Part shown: in pieces, positions 8,012-18,223 of the stretch
Numbering within the stretch: the first letter of the stretch is position 1
Layout of the letters: each line of letters opens with the position of its first letter
Assembly (NCBI GenBank): GCA_044220955.1
Contig: JBGAQA010000089.1
Coordinates: 1-27,072, forward strand
DNA from: Sandaracinaceae bacterium
GTDB lineage: Bacteria; Myxococcota_A; Polyangia; Polyangiales; Sandaracinaceae
Direction: 5' to 3'
Length of the DNA stretch: 27,072 bases
Translations under genes and position numbers: made by a program
The notes under the pieces: generated by a model
Databases searched by the model: none
The model's input: only the letters and a program-made list of their open reading frames with translations
What the model was told of the DNA's origin: nothing

Positions 8012-8584
8012 TCAGGCGCGGTAGGCGACGACGAAGCGGCACGCGTCGCTGCCCGCGGTCCGGCAGGTCGTCTCGACGGCGCTCGACACCTCGCCGCCCG
8101 AGAGCTCGACCGAGCGCTCGGCCCAGCCGAGCACGCTCAGGCAGTGCGCCTTGTGCGGCGCCCCGAAGTCGCGGAGGGTGAGCGTCGCCTGCTCGAGCGG
8201 CGGTCGCTCCTCGAACGTGGCGTCGAGGCGCCCCGAGTCGTAGTGCACCTCCCACACGCGGATCGCCCGGGAGATGATGAAGCGGGGCGAGCCCAGCGCG
8301 TAGAAGATGCGGTAGAGCGTCGGCAGGTTCACCTTCGCCGCGTAACGGCCGAGCTCGCGGCAGAGCGCGAGGTCGCCGCGTCCGTAGAGCCGGTCGATCT
8401 CGGTGCAGAGCTCGATGAAGAGCTCCATCGGCACCCAGTCGTGCGGCATCACCTTGTCCTCGATGCGCTTGCGTGACGCCGGGGAGAGCGCCTCCTTGAT
8501 GCGCCGTACGCCCGGCTCGCCGTAGAGCTCGCGCACGTAGCGCACGCGTGCGGTGACGGCGCTGCCCTTGATGTTCGCCCCCAT
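8012..8584 (-). CDS. Myxobacterial hypothetical protein (TIGR02265/DUF2378-like, V4R-like C-terminus)
   Basis: MGANIKGSAV...WVPMELF...ELGRYAA...C-x3-GW...C-x6-C-RF. GC3-rich codons. The family assignment is from memory. An alternative GTG start lies at 8590. Confidence 0.6.
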   Translation of the reverse strand: MGANIKGSAVTARVRYVRELYGEPGVRRIKEALSPASRKRIEDKVMPHDWVPMELFIELCTEIDRLYGRGDLALCRELGRYAAKVNLPTLYRIFYALGSPRFIISRAIRVWEVHYDSGRLDATFEERPPLEQATLTLRDFGAPHKAHCLSVLGWAERSVELSGGEVSSAVETTCRTAGSDACRFVVAYRA

Positions 8585-8664
8585 GACCACGGTGATCCTA
8601 GCGCGGACGCGGACGTGAGGCGACGGTCCACCGAGAGGGCGCGCGCAGGAGGTAGAGTCGCGTC

Positions 8665-9312
8665 GTGTCCGAGCCCACCGTCCTCTTGACCGCGTTCGAG
8701 CCGTTCGGTGGCGATCGACAGAACGCCTCCGAGCTCGCCGTGCGGCCGCTCGAGGGGCGGCGGATCGAGGGCCATCGCGTGGTGGCGCTGGTCCTCCCGT
8801 GCCGGTTCGGAGCGGCGATCGACACCCTCCGGGCGGCCATCGAGCGGACTGCGCCCGCGCTCGTCCTCGCGACGGGCGAGGCGGGCGGCCGGGTCGCGCT
8901 GGGCGTCGAGCGGATCGCGATCAACGTCGACGACGCGCGCATCCCGGACAACGCGGGCGCGCAGCCGATCGACGCGCCGGTCGTGCCGGGCGGGCCGGCC
9001 GCGTACTGGTCGACGCTCCCGGTCAAGGCGATCGTGCGCGCGCTGACGGAGCAGGGGATCCCCGCGGAAGTGTCGCAGACGGCGGGCACCTTCGTGTGCA
9101 ACCACCTCTTCTACGGGCTGATGCACGCGCTCGCCGGACGGGGCGCCGTGCGCGGCGGGTTCGTCCACGTCCCGCGCGCGCCCACGCAGCAGGCGCCCGG
9201 ACGCATGCCGACGATGCCGACCGAGACCGTCACGGCCGCCCTCGAGATCGCCCTCGCCGCCGCGCTCCGCACACCGTCCGACATCGTCGCTCCCGGTGGC
9301 GCCACGTCGTGA
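8665..9312 (+). CDS. pcp: Pyroglutamyl-peptidase I (pyrrolidone-carboxylate peptidase)
   Basis: LLTAFEPFGG, VERIAIN (catalytic Glu), DARIPDNAG, SQTAGTFVCN (catalytic Cys) and GGFVHVP (catalytic His). Confidence 0.95.
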   Translation: MSEPTVLLTAFEPFGGDRQNASELAVRPLEGRRIEGHRVVALVLPCRFGAAIDTLRAAIERTAPALVLATGEAGGRVALGVERIAINVDDARIPDNAGAQPIDAPVVPGGPAAYWSTLPVKAIVRALTEQGIPAEVSQTAGTFVCNHLFYGLMHALAGRGAVRGGFVHVPRAPTQQAPGRMPTMPTETVTAALEIALAAALRTPSDIVAPGGATS

Positions 9313-9363
9313 GCGGCGCCGCTTGCGATCCTGTGTCGCGCGCTCCTACAGTGCGCGCCCGAC

Positions 9364-10521
9364 ATGTCGTTCGAGCTGACCGAAGAGCAGAAGATGATCC
9401 AGACCGTCGCGCGCGACTTCGCCGTGCGTGAGGTGGAGCCGAGGGCGCGCGAGCTCGACAAGAACGGGACCTGGCCCGCCGATCTGGTGAAGCGGATGGG
9501 CGAGCTCGGGCTCATGGGCGTGGCCGTGCCCGAGGCGTACGGCGGCGCCGGGTCGGACGCGATCTCGTACGCGCTCGCGATGGAGGAGATCAGCCGTGCG
9601 TGCGCGTCGACGGGCGTGATCATGAGCGTGAACAACTCGCTCGTGTGCGACCCGCTCCACAAGTTCGCCTCGGAGGATCAGAAGAAGCGCTTCCTCACCC
9701 CGCTCGCGAGCGGCGCGAAGCTCGGCTGCTTCGGTCTCACCGAGCCCGCCAGCGGCAGCGATGCTTCGCACATGGAGACCGTCGCCGAGGCTGTTCACCT
9801 GGAGAACGGGGGCGATCACTGGATCGTCAACGGCGCCAAGAACTGGATCACCAACGGCCCGCACGCCGACCTCATCCTGCTCTTCGTCGCCAACGACCGC
9901 TCGCTCGGCGCCAGGGGGACCAGCGCGCTCGTCATCGAGAGCGGCACGCCCGGCTTCACCAAGAACCCGCGCGACCACAAGCTCGGCATCCACGCCGCGC
10001 ACTCCTGCACCGTGTTCTTCGAGAACTGCAGGGTCCCGAAGGCGAACCAGATCGGCGACACCGGCGCGGGCTTCAAGATCGCGATGAGCACGCTCGACGG
10101 TGGCCGCATCGGCATCGCCTCGCAGGCGCTCGGGATCGCGCGTGCCGCCCTCGAGAAGGCGGTCGCCTACGCCAAGGAGCGCAAGGCGTTCGGCGAGCCC
10201 ATCGCCAACAAGCAGGCCATCCAGTTCATGCTCGCCGACATGGCCATGGAGCTCGACGCGGCGCGGCTGCTCACGCACCGCGCGGCGTGGATGAAGGACC
10301 AGGGCGTGCGCCACACCAAGGAATCGGCCATGGCCAAGCTCTTCGCGAGCGAGGCGGCCACGCGCATCACGCACAAGGCTCTGCAGATCCACGGCGGGTA
10401 CGGGTACTCGACCGAGTTCGACGTGGAGCGCCACTACCGGGACGCGCGCATCACGGAGATCTACGAGGGGACGAGCGAGATCCAGCGCATCGTCATCGCA
10501 AGCAGCACGCTCAAGGGGTGA
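9364..10521 (+). CDS. Acyl-CoA dehydrogenase (short-chain/butyryl-CoA type)
   Basis: CFGLTEPASGSDA, NGAKNWITNG, LDGGRIGIASQALG, QIHGGYGY and IYEGTSEIQR. Confidence 0.96.
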   Translation: MSFELTEEQKMIQTVARDFAVREVEPRARELDKNGTWPADLVKRMGELGLMGVAVPEAYGGAGSDAISYALAMEEISRACASTGVIMSVNNSLVCDPLHKFASEDQKKRFLTPLASGAKLGCFGLTEPASGSDASHMETVAEAVHLENGGDHWIVNGAKNWITNGPHADLILLFVANDRSLGARGTSALVIESGTPGFTKNPRDHKLGIHAAHSCTVFFENCRVPKANQIGDTGAGFKIAMSTLDGGRIGIASQALGIARAALEKAVAYAKERKAFGEPIANKQAIQFMLADMAMELDAARLLTHRAAWMKDQGVRHTKESAMAKLFASEAATRITHKALQIHGGYGYSTEFDVERHYRDARITEIYEGTSEIQRIVIASSTLKG

Positions 10522-11243
10522 TGGCCATGAAGCAGTACTGGGGTCTCGTCGCGCTCTTCTTCTCGCTCTCCGTGGCGATCGGCTGCGGTGGGGGCTCCTC
10601 CGAGTCCACGCAGACCACGACGACCACCGTGGATCGCCGCCACGAGGAGCCGCCGCCGGACGACGGCTCCTCGATCACCGGCCTGATGGGCACCATCTCG
10701 CAGCAGGCGGTGCAGGACACGCTCGAGCCGCGCATGGAGAGCTTCATGCACTGCTTCGAGACGCGCCTGGCGGCGGTTCGATTCCTCGGGGGCGAGATCC
10801 GCATGGCGTTCCGCATCCACACGGACGGCACCGTGATGTGGGTGTACCCGGCGGAGAGCTCGCTCGGCGATCGCGACGTCGAGACGTGCATCGTCGGCGT
10901 TGCGCAGCGCGCCCACTTCCCGCGCCCGCACGGCGGTGAGGCGGAGTTCAGCTGGGGCTTCGCGCTCGACCCGCCGGGCGACGTGCGCGCGCCGGTCTCG
11001 CTCGCCTCGGGCGGCATCGACGAGCTCGTCGAGTCGCAGGAGAACGCCGTGCGCACGCAGTGCGGCCAGGGCCCGTATCACGTCACGGCGTACGTGCAGC
11101 CGGGCGGCACCGTGCTCGCGGCGGGCGTCGCGACGGACTCGTCCGACACGGCGGCGCACCTCGATTGCGTGGCGAGCGCGGTCCGCAGCTGGACCTTCCC
11201 CGATCCCGGCAGCTACGCGGGCAAGGTCAGCTTCTCGCTCTGA
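10521..11243 (+). CDS. Lipoprotein with tandem AgmX/PglI C-terminal (TonB-C-like) domains
   Basis: The ATG overlaps the ACAD stop codon. Lipobox VAIGC. Two units of C...G-x-V...C-(I/V)...FP-x-P (FRIHTDGTV...CIV...FPRPHGG and YVQPGGTV...CVA...WTFPDPG). Confidence 0.7.
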   Translation: MAMKQYWGLVALFFSLSVAIGCGGGSSESTQTTTTTVDRRHEEPPPDDGSSITGLMGTISQQAVQDTLEPRMESFMHCFETRLAAVRFLGGEIRMAFRIHTDGTVMWVYPAESSLGDRDVETCIVGVAQRAHFPRPHGGEAEFSWGFALDPPGDVRAPVSLASGGIDELVESQENAVRTQCGQGPYHVTAYVQPGGTVLAAGVATDSSDTAAHLDCVASAVRSWTFPDPGSYAGKVSFSL

Positions 11244-11330
11244 CCCGACGGGAGCGCCGGCCGCGGAGGTCCTGGACGAGGGCGTGCGCGGCGCACCACG
11301 GGCGGCGGCCGGAGGCGCGAGGTGACGCGA

Positions 11331-11903
11331 TCATTCGACCGTGTCGTGTCCGGTGATCGGCCGGAGCACGCATCGCGAGTCGATGCAGAACGCGCGGTGG
11401 GGCGCGCTCGGGCCCGCGCACTCGGGGCAGGTCGCGGCGCCACCACAGACCCGGCGCTGGTAGGTGCGCGCGGCGTCGGCGCGGATCGCGACCCACTCGG
11501 TCGCGTCGCACTCGCAGCAGCTGCGCGGGCGGACGCTGCACTCCTCGTCGTGGGCGCAGCGCGTGAGCGGGCTCGTGTGCAGGTCGAGCGCGCGGCAGGT
11601 GCCGGCGGCGCAGTACGCGACGAGCGCCGGGTCGGGGTCGGCGTGACAGCGCGGGCAGCCCGTGCCGACGCAGCGGCTCGACTGCCTCGCCGTGCCGCGG
11701 GCGATGGCGCGCACGTCGCCGGACGCGGGCTGGCCGCAGTGCCCGCAGCAGGTGCGCGCCACGAGCTCGCAGTCGCTCGCGGCGGTGCATCCGCGCGCGT
11801 GGGCCTGCTTGTCCGTGACCCTGGTCGCGACGACGGGCGGCACGGCGGCGCAGCCTGTCACGAGGGCCAGACCGACCGCGAGCAGCGGGCGCATGGCGTG
11901 CAT
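11331..11903 (-). CDS. Cys-rich lipoprotein with two tandem Cys-rich domains
   Basis: Lipobox LVTGC and two repeats of C-x5-C-x6-CC...C...CPxC...C-x4-C. The start is at 11903 or 11894 rather than the track's 11948. Confidence 0.72.
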   Translation of the reverse strand: MHAMRPLLAVGLALVTGCAAVPPVVATRVTDKQAHARGCTAASDCELVARTCCGHCGQPASGDVRAIARGTARQSSRCVGTGCPRCHADPDPALVAYCAAGTCRALDLHTSPLTRCAHDEECSVRPRSCCECDATEWVAIRADAARTYQRRVCGGAATCPECAGPSAPHRAFCIDSRCVLRPITGHDTVE

Positions 11904-11965
11904 GGTCTCACGATTCGGAGCGCCCGTGCGTCCGCGAGCTTGGGTCACGTGCTACGCCGCCGCCC

Positions 11966-13105
<1,140 letters not shown>

Positions 13106-13117
13106 CGGTCCCAAGTT

Positions 13118-13280
13118 GGGGTCACTCCACACCTGTCCAAGTCCTCGGATTGACGGCGTTCCGGCGGGTAGGTGCGCGATTCGTGGAAAACGCCTCGGAT
13201 CAAGGGCATCCCGACGAAACGCGCACCTACCCGCCAGATCGGAGTAAGATCAACATGTTGCGACCCTGTGGAGTGACCCC
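13118..13280. mobile_element. 163-bp MITE/REPIN-like element made of two inverted 67-bp bipartite units
   Basis: Perfect 14-bp terminal IR GGGGTCACTCCACA/TGTGGAGTGACCCC. Inner 22-bp IR at 13163-13184 and 13214-13235 with 1 mismatch. Both spacers are exactly 31 bp and the centre is 29 bp. No target-site duplication is visible, so mobility is inferred. Confidence 0.7.
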
Positions 13281-14730
13281 GCTGGCCGCGCTGGCGGGTT
13301 TGTCGGGCGGTTTCGTGCTCGCCCTGGGCTGTGCGCCGGCCGCCGCGCCGATCGCGGCGTGGACGCCGCCGACCGACGCGTTCGTGCGCTCCGACCGCGC
13401 GCACCTCGTGGATCAGGTCGGGCGCGTGATGGTGTTCCGTGGCGTGAACGTGCGCGCGCGCGGGATCTTCGACGTCTCGCTCGACCCCGCGCGCTGCCCG
13501 CCGCCGACGGACGTCCTCGAGGACATCCCCGAGCTGACCGACGACGACCTCACGCGCATGCAGCAGATGGGCTTCGACGTGATCCGCCTTCCGATCCAGT
13601 GGTCGGCCATCGAGCCGACCCAGGGCGCCTTCGACGAGGCGTACCTCGACCGCGTGCAGGACGTCGTGGCTCGCGCCGCCGCCCACGAGATCCGCGTGCT
13701 GCTCGACTTCCACGCCGACGGCTGGTCGAAAGACCTCGGCGAGGACGGCGCGCCGCTCTGGGCGACGCGTCCGGTGCCCCCGATGCTGCTCTGCGGCCCG
13801 CTCGCGGACACGCTGACGCAACGCCGCGCCGACACGCTCACTTACTACACGACGTTCTTCGACGATTCGGACCCGGCGAGCGTCGCGTTGCAGGACGCCT
13901 ACGGCGCGATGGTCGCGCACGTCGCCGCACGCTTCGCGACGGACTCCACCGTGATCGGCTACGACCTCTTCAACGAGCCGATCCCGGCCGACGCGAACAT
14001 CCAGCGCTTCTACGCGCGCATCCTGCCGGCGCTTCGCGCCGTCGACACGCGGCACCTCGCGTTCTTCGAGCCCTCCGCGATCCGCAACCTCACGGACATG
14101 GGACCGCGCGGCATCACGGCGTTCCCGGATCCCGGCGGCGTGTACGCCGTCCACCTCTACACGCTCTCGTTCTCGGACCCACGCGGCGAGCTCGACACGG
14201 TCACCCGTGCCCGGCTCGAGCCGAACGTGACGCGCGCCGTCGCGGAAGCCGCCGCGTTCGGGGCGCCGCTCTTCGCGGGCGAGTGGGGGATCCGTCCCGA
14301 CTCCGCGGGCTCGGCCCCCTACGTCGGGATCATGTACGACCTCTTCGACGAGCACGCGGCGAGCAGCACCGTGTGGGTGTGGAAGGAGAGCTCGCAGGGA
14401 GCCTGGGGCTTCTTCGACTACGACGCGCCGGCGGGGACGTTCCGCACGCGCCCCGCCGTCGTCGACGCCCACCTGCGCATCTGGGCCGAGATCATCGCGG
14501 GCGAGCCCATGGGAGCGACCTACGACATCGCCACGCACGTCTTCGAGCTCACGTACGGCGGTCGCGGCGACGACGCGCCGAGCGTGCTCCGCGTCCCGAT
14601 GCTCCTCGGGCCCTTCCGCGTGACCTGCGACGGCGCGGCGGTCGCCGACGCGACGCGCGACGCGGTCGGTCGCGTCGAGGTCGTCTGCCCCGGCCCCGGG
14701 ACCCACGTCGTGCGCGTGGAGCCGATGTGA
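13255..14730 (+). CDS. Glycoside hydrolase family 5, endoglycoceramidase-like lipoprotein
   Basis: Lipobox LALGC; GRVMVFRGVN; GFDVIRLPIQWSAIEP; LLDFHAD; acid/base motif YDLFNEP; nucleophile motif FAGEWG. The start is uncertain (ATG 13255 or GTG 13273, both inside the repeat element). Confidence 0.88.
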   Translation: MLRPCGVTPLAALAGLSGGFVLALGCAPAAAPIAAWTPPTDAFVRSDRAHLVDQVGRVMVFRGVNVRARGIFDVSLDPARCPPPTDVLEDIPELTDDDLTRMQQMGFDVIRLPIQWSAIEPTQGAFDEAYLDRVQDVVARAAAHEIRVLLDFHADGWSKDLGEDGAPLWATRPVPPMLLCGPLADTLTQRRADTLTYYTTFFDDSDPASVALQDAYGAMVAHVAARFATDSTVIGYDLFNEPIPADANIQRFYARILPALRAVDTRHLAFFEPSAIRNLTDMGPRGITAFPDPGGVYAVHLYTLSFSDPRGELDTVTRARLEPNVTRAVAEAAAFGAPLFAGEWGIRPDSAGSAPYVGIMYDLFDEHAASSTVWVWKESSQGAWGFFDYDAPAGTFRTRPAVVDAHLRIWAEIIAGEPMGATYDIATHVFELTYGGRGDDAPSVLRVPMLLGPFRVTCDGAAVADATRDAVGRVEVVCPGPGTHVVRVEPM

Positions 14731-14791
14731 GGGCTCGCGCGCTCGCCGCCCCCTTGATCGCACGCGGCGTCGCGCGTTATCTCCGCGCACC

Positions 14792-15667
14792 ATGATCGAG
14801 TACGACGGCCGGCGCTGGGGCAGGATCATCTTCCGCACGACGGGCTCCGTCATGCCGCGGCTGCTCGGGCGCGTGCTCGTGGCGGCGCTCTTCGGGACGC
14901 TGGCCGTACACCTGCACAAGCAGCATCAGCTCGCGCTCTCGCCCATCGCGCACACGATGATCGGCGCGGCGCTCGGCCTCCTGCTCGTGTTCCGCACCAA
15001 CGCCAGCTACGACCGCTACTGGGAGGGCAGGCGCCTGCTCGGCGGCATGATCATCCGCTCGCGCGACCTCGCGCGGCAGCTCGCCGCCTTCCTGCCGGGG
15101 GAGGCGAACGCCGCTTCGCGCGCGCGCATCCGCGGCTGGATCGACGCCTTCTACCGCGTCTCGGCCCAGCACCTGCGCGGCGAGAAGGCGCTCGAGCGCG
15201 TCGCGTCGCTCACCGAGAACGAGCGCGCCGCGCTCGACGGGAGCAAGGCGCGCTCGCAGCTGATCCTCACGTGGATCTCCATCGAGCTCGCGCGGCTCGT
15301 CGGGGAAGGGCGGCTGACCGAGGAGCGCCTGCGGGCGATGGACGCGAACCTCGGCGGTCTCGTCGAGGCGCTCGCCGGCTGCGAGCGGATCCTGCGCACG
15401 CCGGTGCCGTTCGCCTACGCGCAGCACATCAAGACCTTCGTCGCGCTCTTCTGCTTCACGGCGCCGTTCACGATGAGCGAGGCGCTGGGCTGGCTCACGC
15501 CCGTCGCGGCGGGTCTCGTCGCGTTCGCGCTCTTCGGCATCGACGAGATCGGCGTCGAGATCGAGGATCCCTTCGGCACGGACGCCAACGACCTGCCGGT
15601 CGACGCGATCGCCGATCGCATCGACGTCGACACGCGCGAGATGATCGACGCCACGATCCCCGGCTGA
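14792..15667 (+). CDS. Bestrophin-family ion channel (YneE/UPF0187-like)
   Basis: LLVFRTNASYDRYWEGR, CERILRTPVPFAY and IGVEIEDPFGTDANDLP. Confidence 0.93.
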   Translation: MIEYDGRRWGRIIFRTTGSVMPRLLGRVLVAALFGTLAVHLHKQHQLALSPIAHTMIGAALGLLLVFRTNASYDRYWEGRRLLGGMIIRSRDLARQLAAFLPGEANAASRARIRGWIDAFYRVSAQHLRGEKALERVASLTENERAALDGSKARSQLILTWISIELARLVGEGRLTEERLRAMDANLGGLVEALAGCERILRTPVPFAYAQHIKTFVALFCFTAPFTMSEALGWLTPVAAGLVAFALFGIDEIGVEIEDPFGTDANDLPVDAIADRIDVDTREMIDATIPG

Positions 15668-15724
15668 GCGCGCGCACCGTTCTCTCGACGCGCGCGCCCC
15701 CGTCCGGCACGATCACCGACCGAG

Positions 15725-16657
15725 ATGCGGCCGATGTCGCCTGCCGTGGTGCTGACGGTCTGCGCGCTCGTCGTGAGCGCAGCGGCGGCGCAGGACGCGT
15801 CCGTCGCCTCCCCCCCCGTCGAGCCCGCACCGGCCCCGGCCCCCGCCTCCGGGACGGGCGCGTCGGACGGCGCGCGGGCGCACACGAAGGCCACCACCCG
15901 TTCACGCCCCCACGCGACGCGCCGGCGCACCCACGCTCCGCCGGCCGCCCACCGCGCGCCCGAGTCGGGCGACGGCAGCAGCCTCTCGGTCGGCCGCCAC
16001 AACCGCGGTCGACTGATCCGCGGCCACGAGCTGCACGAGTCGGACGCGCTGCGCTTCAAGTCCCGGAGCGAGGCCCGCTTCGGCACCGACGAGCTCGTCG
16101 CGCTCCTCGATCGCGCCGCGCGCGCCGTCATGGCCCGGACGCCGGGCGCGCGCCTGACGGTCGGGGACCTCTCGCGACGGGGCGGCGGGCGCTTCCGGCC
16201 GCACCGCTCGCACCAGTCGGGGCGGGACGTGGATCTCGGCTTCTACGTCACCGACCCCGACGGAGCGCCGCTCGACCTGCATCGCTTCTACGACTTCCGG
16301 CGCGACCTCACCGTCCGGGGACACGACGAGCTGCGCTACGACCTCGTGCGCAACTGGCAGCTGGTCGAGGCGCTCGTCATGGACGAGGTGCCGGTGCAGT
16401 GGATCTTCGTCTCGCGCACCATCCGTGGGCGCCTGCTCGAGGAAGGGGCCCGCCAGGGAGCCAGCGCCGACGTGATCGCCCGAGCGGAGGCGATCCTGAG
16501 CCAGCCGAGCCACGGCGGCATGCACAACGACCAGTTCCACGTGCGCATCTACTGCCCCCTGCCCGATCGACCGCGCTGCGTCGACGATCCGCCGATCCAT
16601 CCGTGGATGCCCGGCGCGCCCGCGAGGCCCGAGGCGCCGCCGGCCGAGGCCGACTGA
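15725..16657 (+). CDS. Penicillin-insensitive murein endopeptidase (MepA-like, LAS-type Zn peptidase)
   Basis: Signal peptide, SVG...GRL, VGDLSRRGGG, HRSHQSGRDVD and HNDQFHVRIYC. Confidence 0.85.
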   Translation: MRPMSPAVVLTVCALVVSAAAAQDASVASPPVEPAPAPAPASGTGASDGARAHTKATTRSRPHATRRRTHAPPAAHRAPESGDGSSLSVGRHNRGRLIRGHELHESDALRFKSRSEARFGTDELVALLDRAARAVMARTPGARLTVGDLSRRGGGRFRPHRSHQSGRDVDLGFYVTDPDGAPLDLHRFYDFRRDLTVRGHDELRYDLVRNWQLVEALVMDEVPVQWIFVSRTIRGRLLEEGARQGASADVIARAEAILSQPSHGGMHNDQFHVRIYCPLPDRPRCVDDPPIHPWMPGAPARPEAPPAEAD

Positions 16658-16693
16658 GCGCGTGCTATACGGTCCGCGCGAGAGCCGTACAGC

Positions 16694-18223
16694 ATGTCTT
16701 CGACCGAGAGAGAGCCCGATGTCTTCGTGATCGTGGTGGGCGCCGGGCCCGCCGGCCTCACGGCTGCCCACAAGCTCGCCGAGGCCGGGCTCGCGCCGCT
16801 CGTGCTCGAGGCGGATCCGAAGTACGTCGGCGGCATCTCGCGCACGGCCGAGTACAAGGGCTACCACTTCGACATCGGCGGGCACCGCTTCTTCTCCAAG
16901 GCCAAGGAGGTCGAGGAGTTCTGGACGAAGATCCTGCCGAACGATCTGCTCACGCGACCGCGCAAGTCGCGCATCTACTACGACGGCAAGTTCTTCAGCT
17001 ACCCGCTCAAGCCGATCGAGGCGCTCGTGCAGCTCGGCCTCTTCGAGAGCTCGCGCTGCATGCTGAGCTTCGCGCACGCGCGCGTCCGCCCCGTGAAGGA
17101 CCCGACGAACCTCGAGGACTGGGTGCGCAACCAGTTCGGCCGCCGCCTCTACGAGATCTTCTTCAAGTACTACACGGAGAAGGTCTGGGGCATGGACTGC
17201 CGGGACATCTCCGCCGACTGGGCCGCGCAGCGCATCAAGGGGCTGAACCTCGGCTCCGCGGTGTGGAACGCCGTCCAGCCGAAGAACCTCCGCTCCAGCA
17301 AGAAGGACGAGGTCCTCACCACGCTCATCGACGAGTTCCGCTACCCGCGCCAGGGCCCCGGGATGCTCTGGGAGGAGTGCGCGCGGCAGGTGGCCGGGAT
17401 GGGCGGCCGCGTCGTGATGGGCGCCAAGGTGACCGGCCTCGACAAGCGCGCCGACGGCGCGTGGGACGTCCGCTACGTGCAAGGCGGCGCCGAGCGCGTC
17501 CGGCGCACCACGCACGTCATCTCTTCGGCGCCGCTGCGCGAGGTCGTCGAGCACCTGACGCCCGCCGCCCCGCCCGAGATGCTCGCGGCCGCCCGCGCCC
17601 TCAAGTACCGCGACTTCCTCACCGTCGCGCTGATCGTGAAGGACGAGGGCGCCTTCGACGACAACTGGATCTACATCCAGGACAAGGGCGTGAAGGTCGG
17701 CCGAATCCAGAACTTCAAGACGTGGTCGCCCGAGATGGTCCCCGACGCGGACAAGGCCTGCTACGGCCTCGAGTACTTCTGCTTCGAGGGCGACGGCCTC
17801 TGGTCGGCGAAGGACGCGGACCTCGTCGCGCTGGGCGGGCGCGAGCTCGAGATCCTGAAGCTCGGCCGCGCGAGCGCGGTGGTCGACGGCTGCGTCGTGC
17901 GCCAGCCCAAGGCGTACCCGGTCTACGACGATCACTACGCCGACAACGTCGACCGCATCGCCAAGGGCATCGGCGTGCACTACGCGGGCCTGCACATGGT
18001 CGGCCGCAACGGCATGCACCGCTACAACAACCAGGACCACTCGATGATGACGGCGATGCTCACCGTCGAGAACATCGTGGCCCAGCACCAGGGCAAGCCC
18101 GCGAAGTTCGACCCCTGGCGCGTGAACCAGGACGCGGTCTACATCGAGGCGGGCACCGCCGGCGAAGAGAAGCTCATCCAGAGCGGCGGACGCGCCGTGC
18201 CGCGCGCCGTGGCCCGTGCGTAG
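16694..18223 (+). CDS. FAD-dependent oxidoreductase, PRK07208/UDP-galactopyranose-mutase-like
   Basis: GAGPAGLTAA dinucleotide-binding motif, FDIGGHRFFSK, YTEKVWG, SADWAAQRI and GRNGMHRYNNQDHSM. Confidence 0.88.
   Translation: MSSTEREPDVFVIVVGAGPAGLTAAHKLAEAGLAPLVLEADPKYVGGISRTAEYKGYHFDIGGHRFFSKAKEVEEFWTKILPNDLLTRPRKSRIYYDGKFFSYPLKPIEALVQLGLFESSRCMLSFAHARVRPVKDPTNLEDWVRNQFGRRLYEIFFKYYTEKVWGMDCRDISADWAAQRIKGLNLGSAVWNAVQPKNLRSSKKDEVLTTLIDEFRYPRQGPGMLWEECARQVAGMGGRVVMGAKVTGLDKRADGAWDVRYVQGGAERVRRTTHVISSAPLREVVEHLTPAAPPEMLAAARALKYRDFLTVALIVKDEGAFDDNWIYIQDKGVKVGRIQNFKTWSPEMVPDADKACYGLEYFCFEGDGLWSAKDADLVALGGRELEILKLGRASAVVDGCVVRQPKAYPVYDDHYADNVDRIAKGIGVHYAGLHMVGRNGMHRYNNQDHSMMTAMLTVENIVAQHQGKPAKFDPWRVNQDAVYIEAGTAGEEKLIQSGGRAVPRAVARA

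Noticed and set aside
13118..13280. CRISPR-like reading of the conserved boxes with ~30-bp spacers, or an autonomous IS
   Set aside because: The boxes are of two different types in inverted arrangement and the spacers are mutually similar. There is no transposase ORF or target-site duplication.
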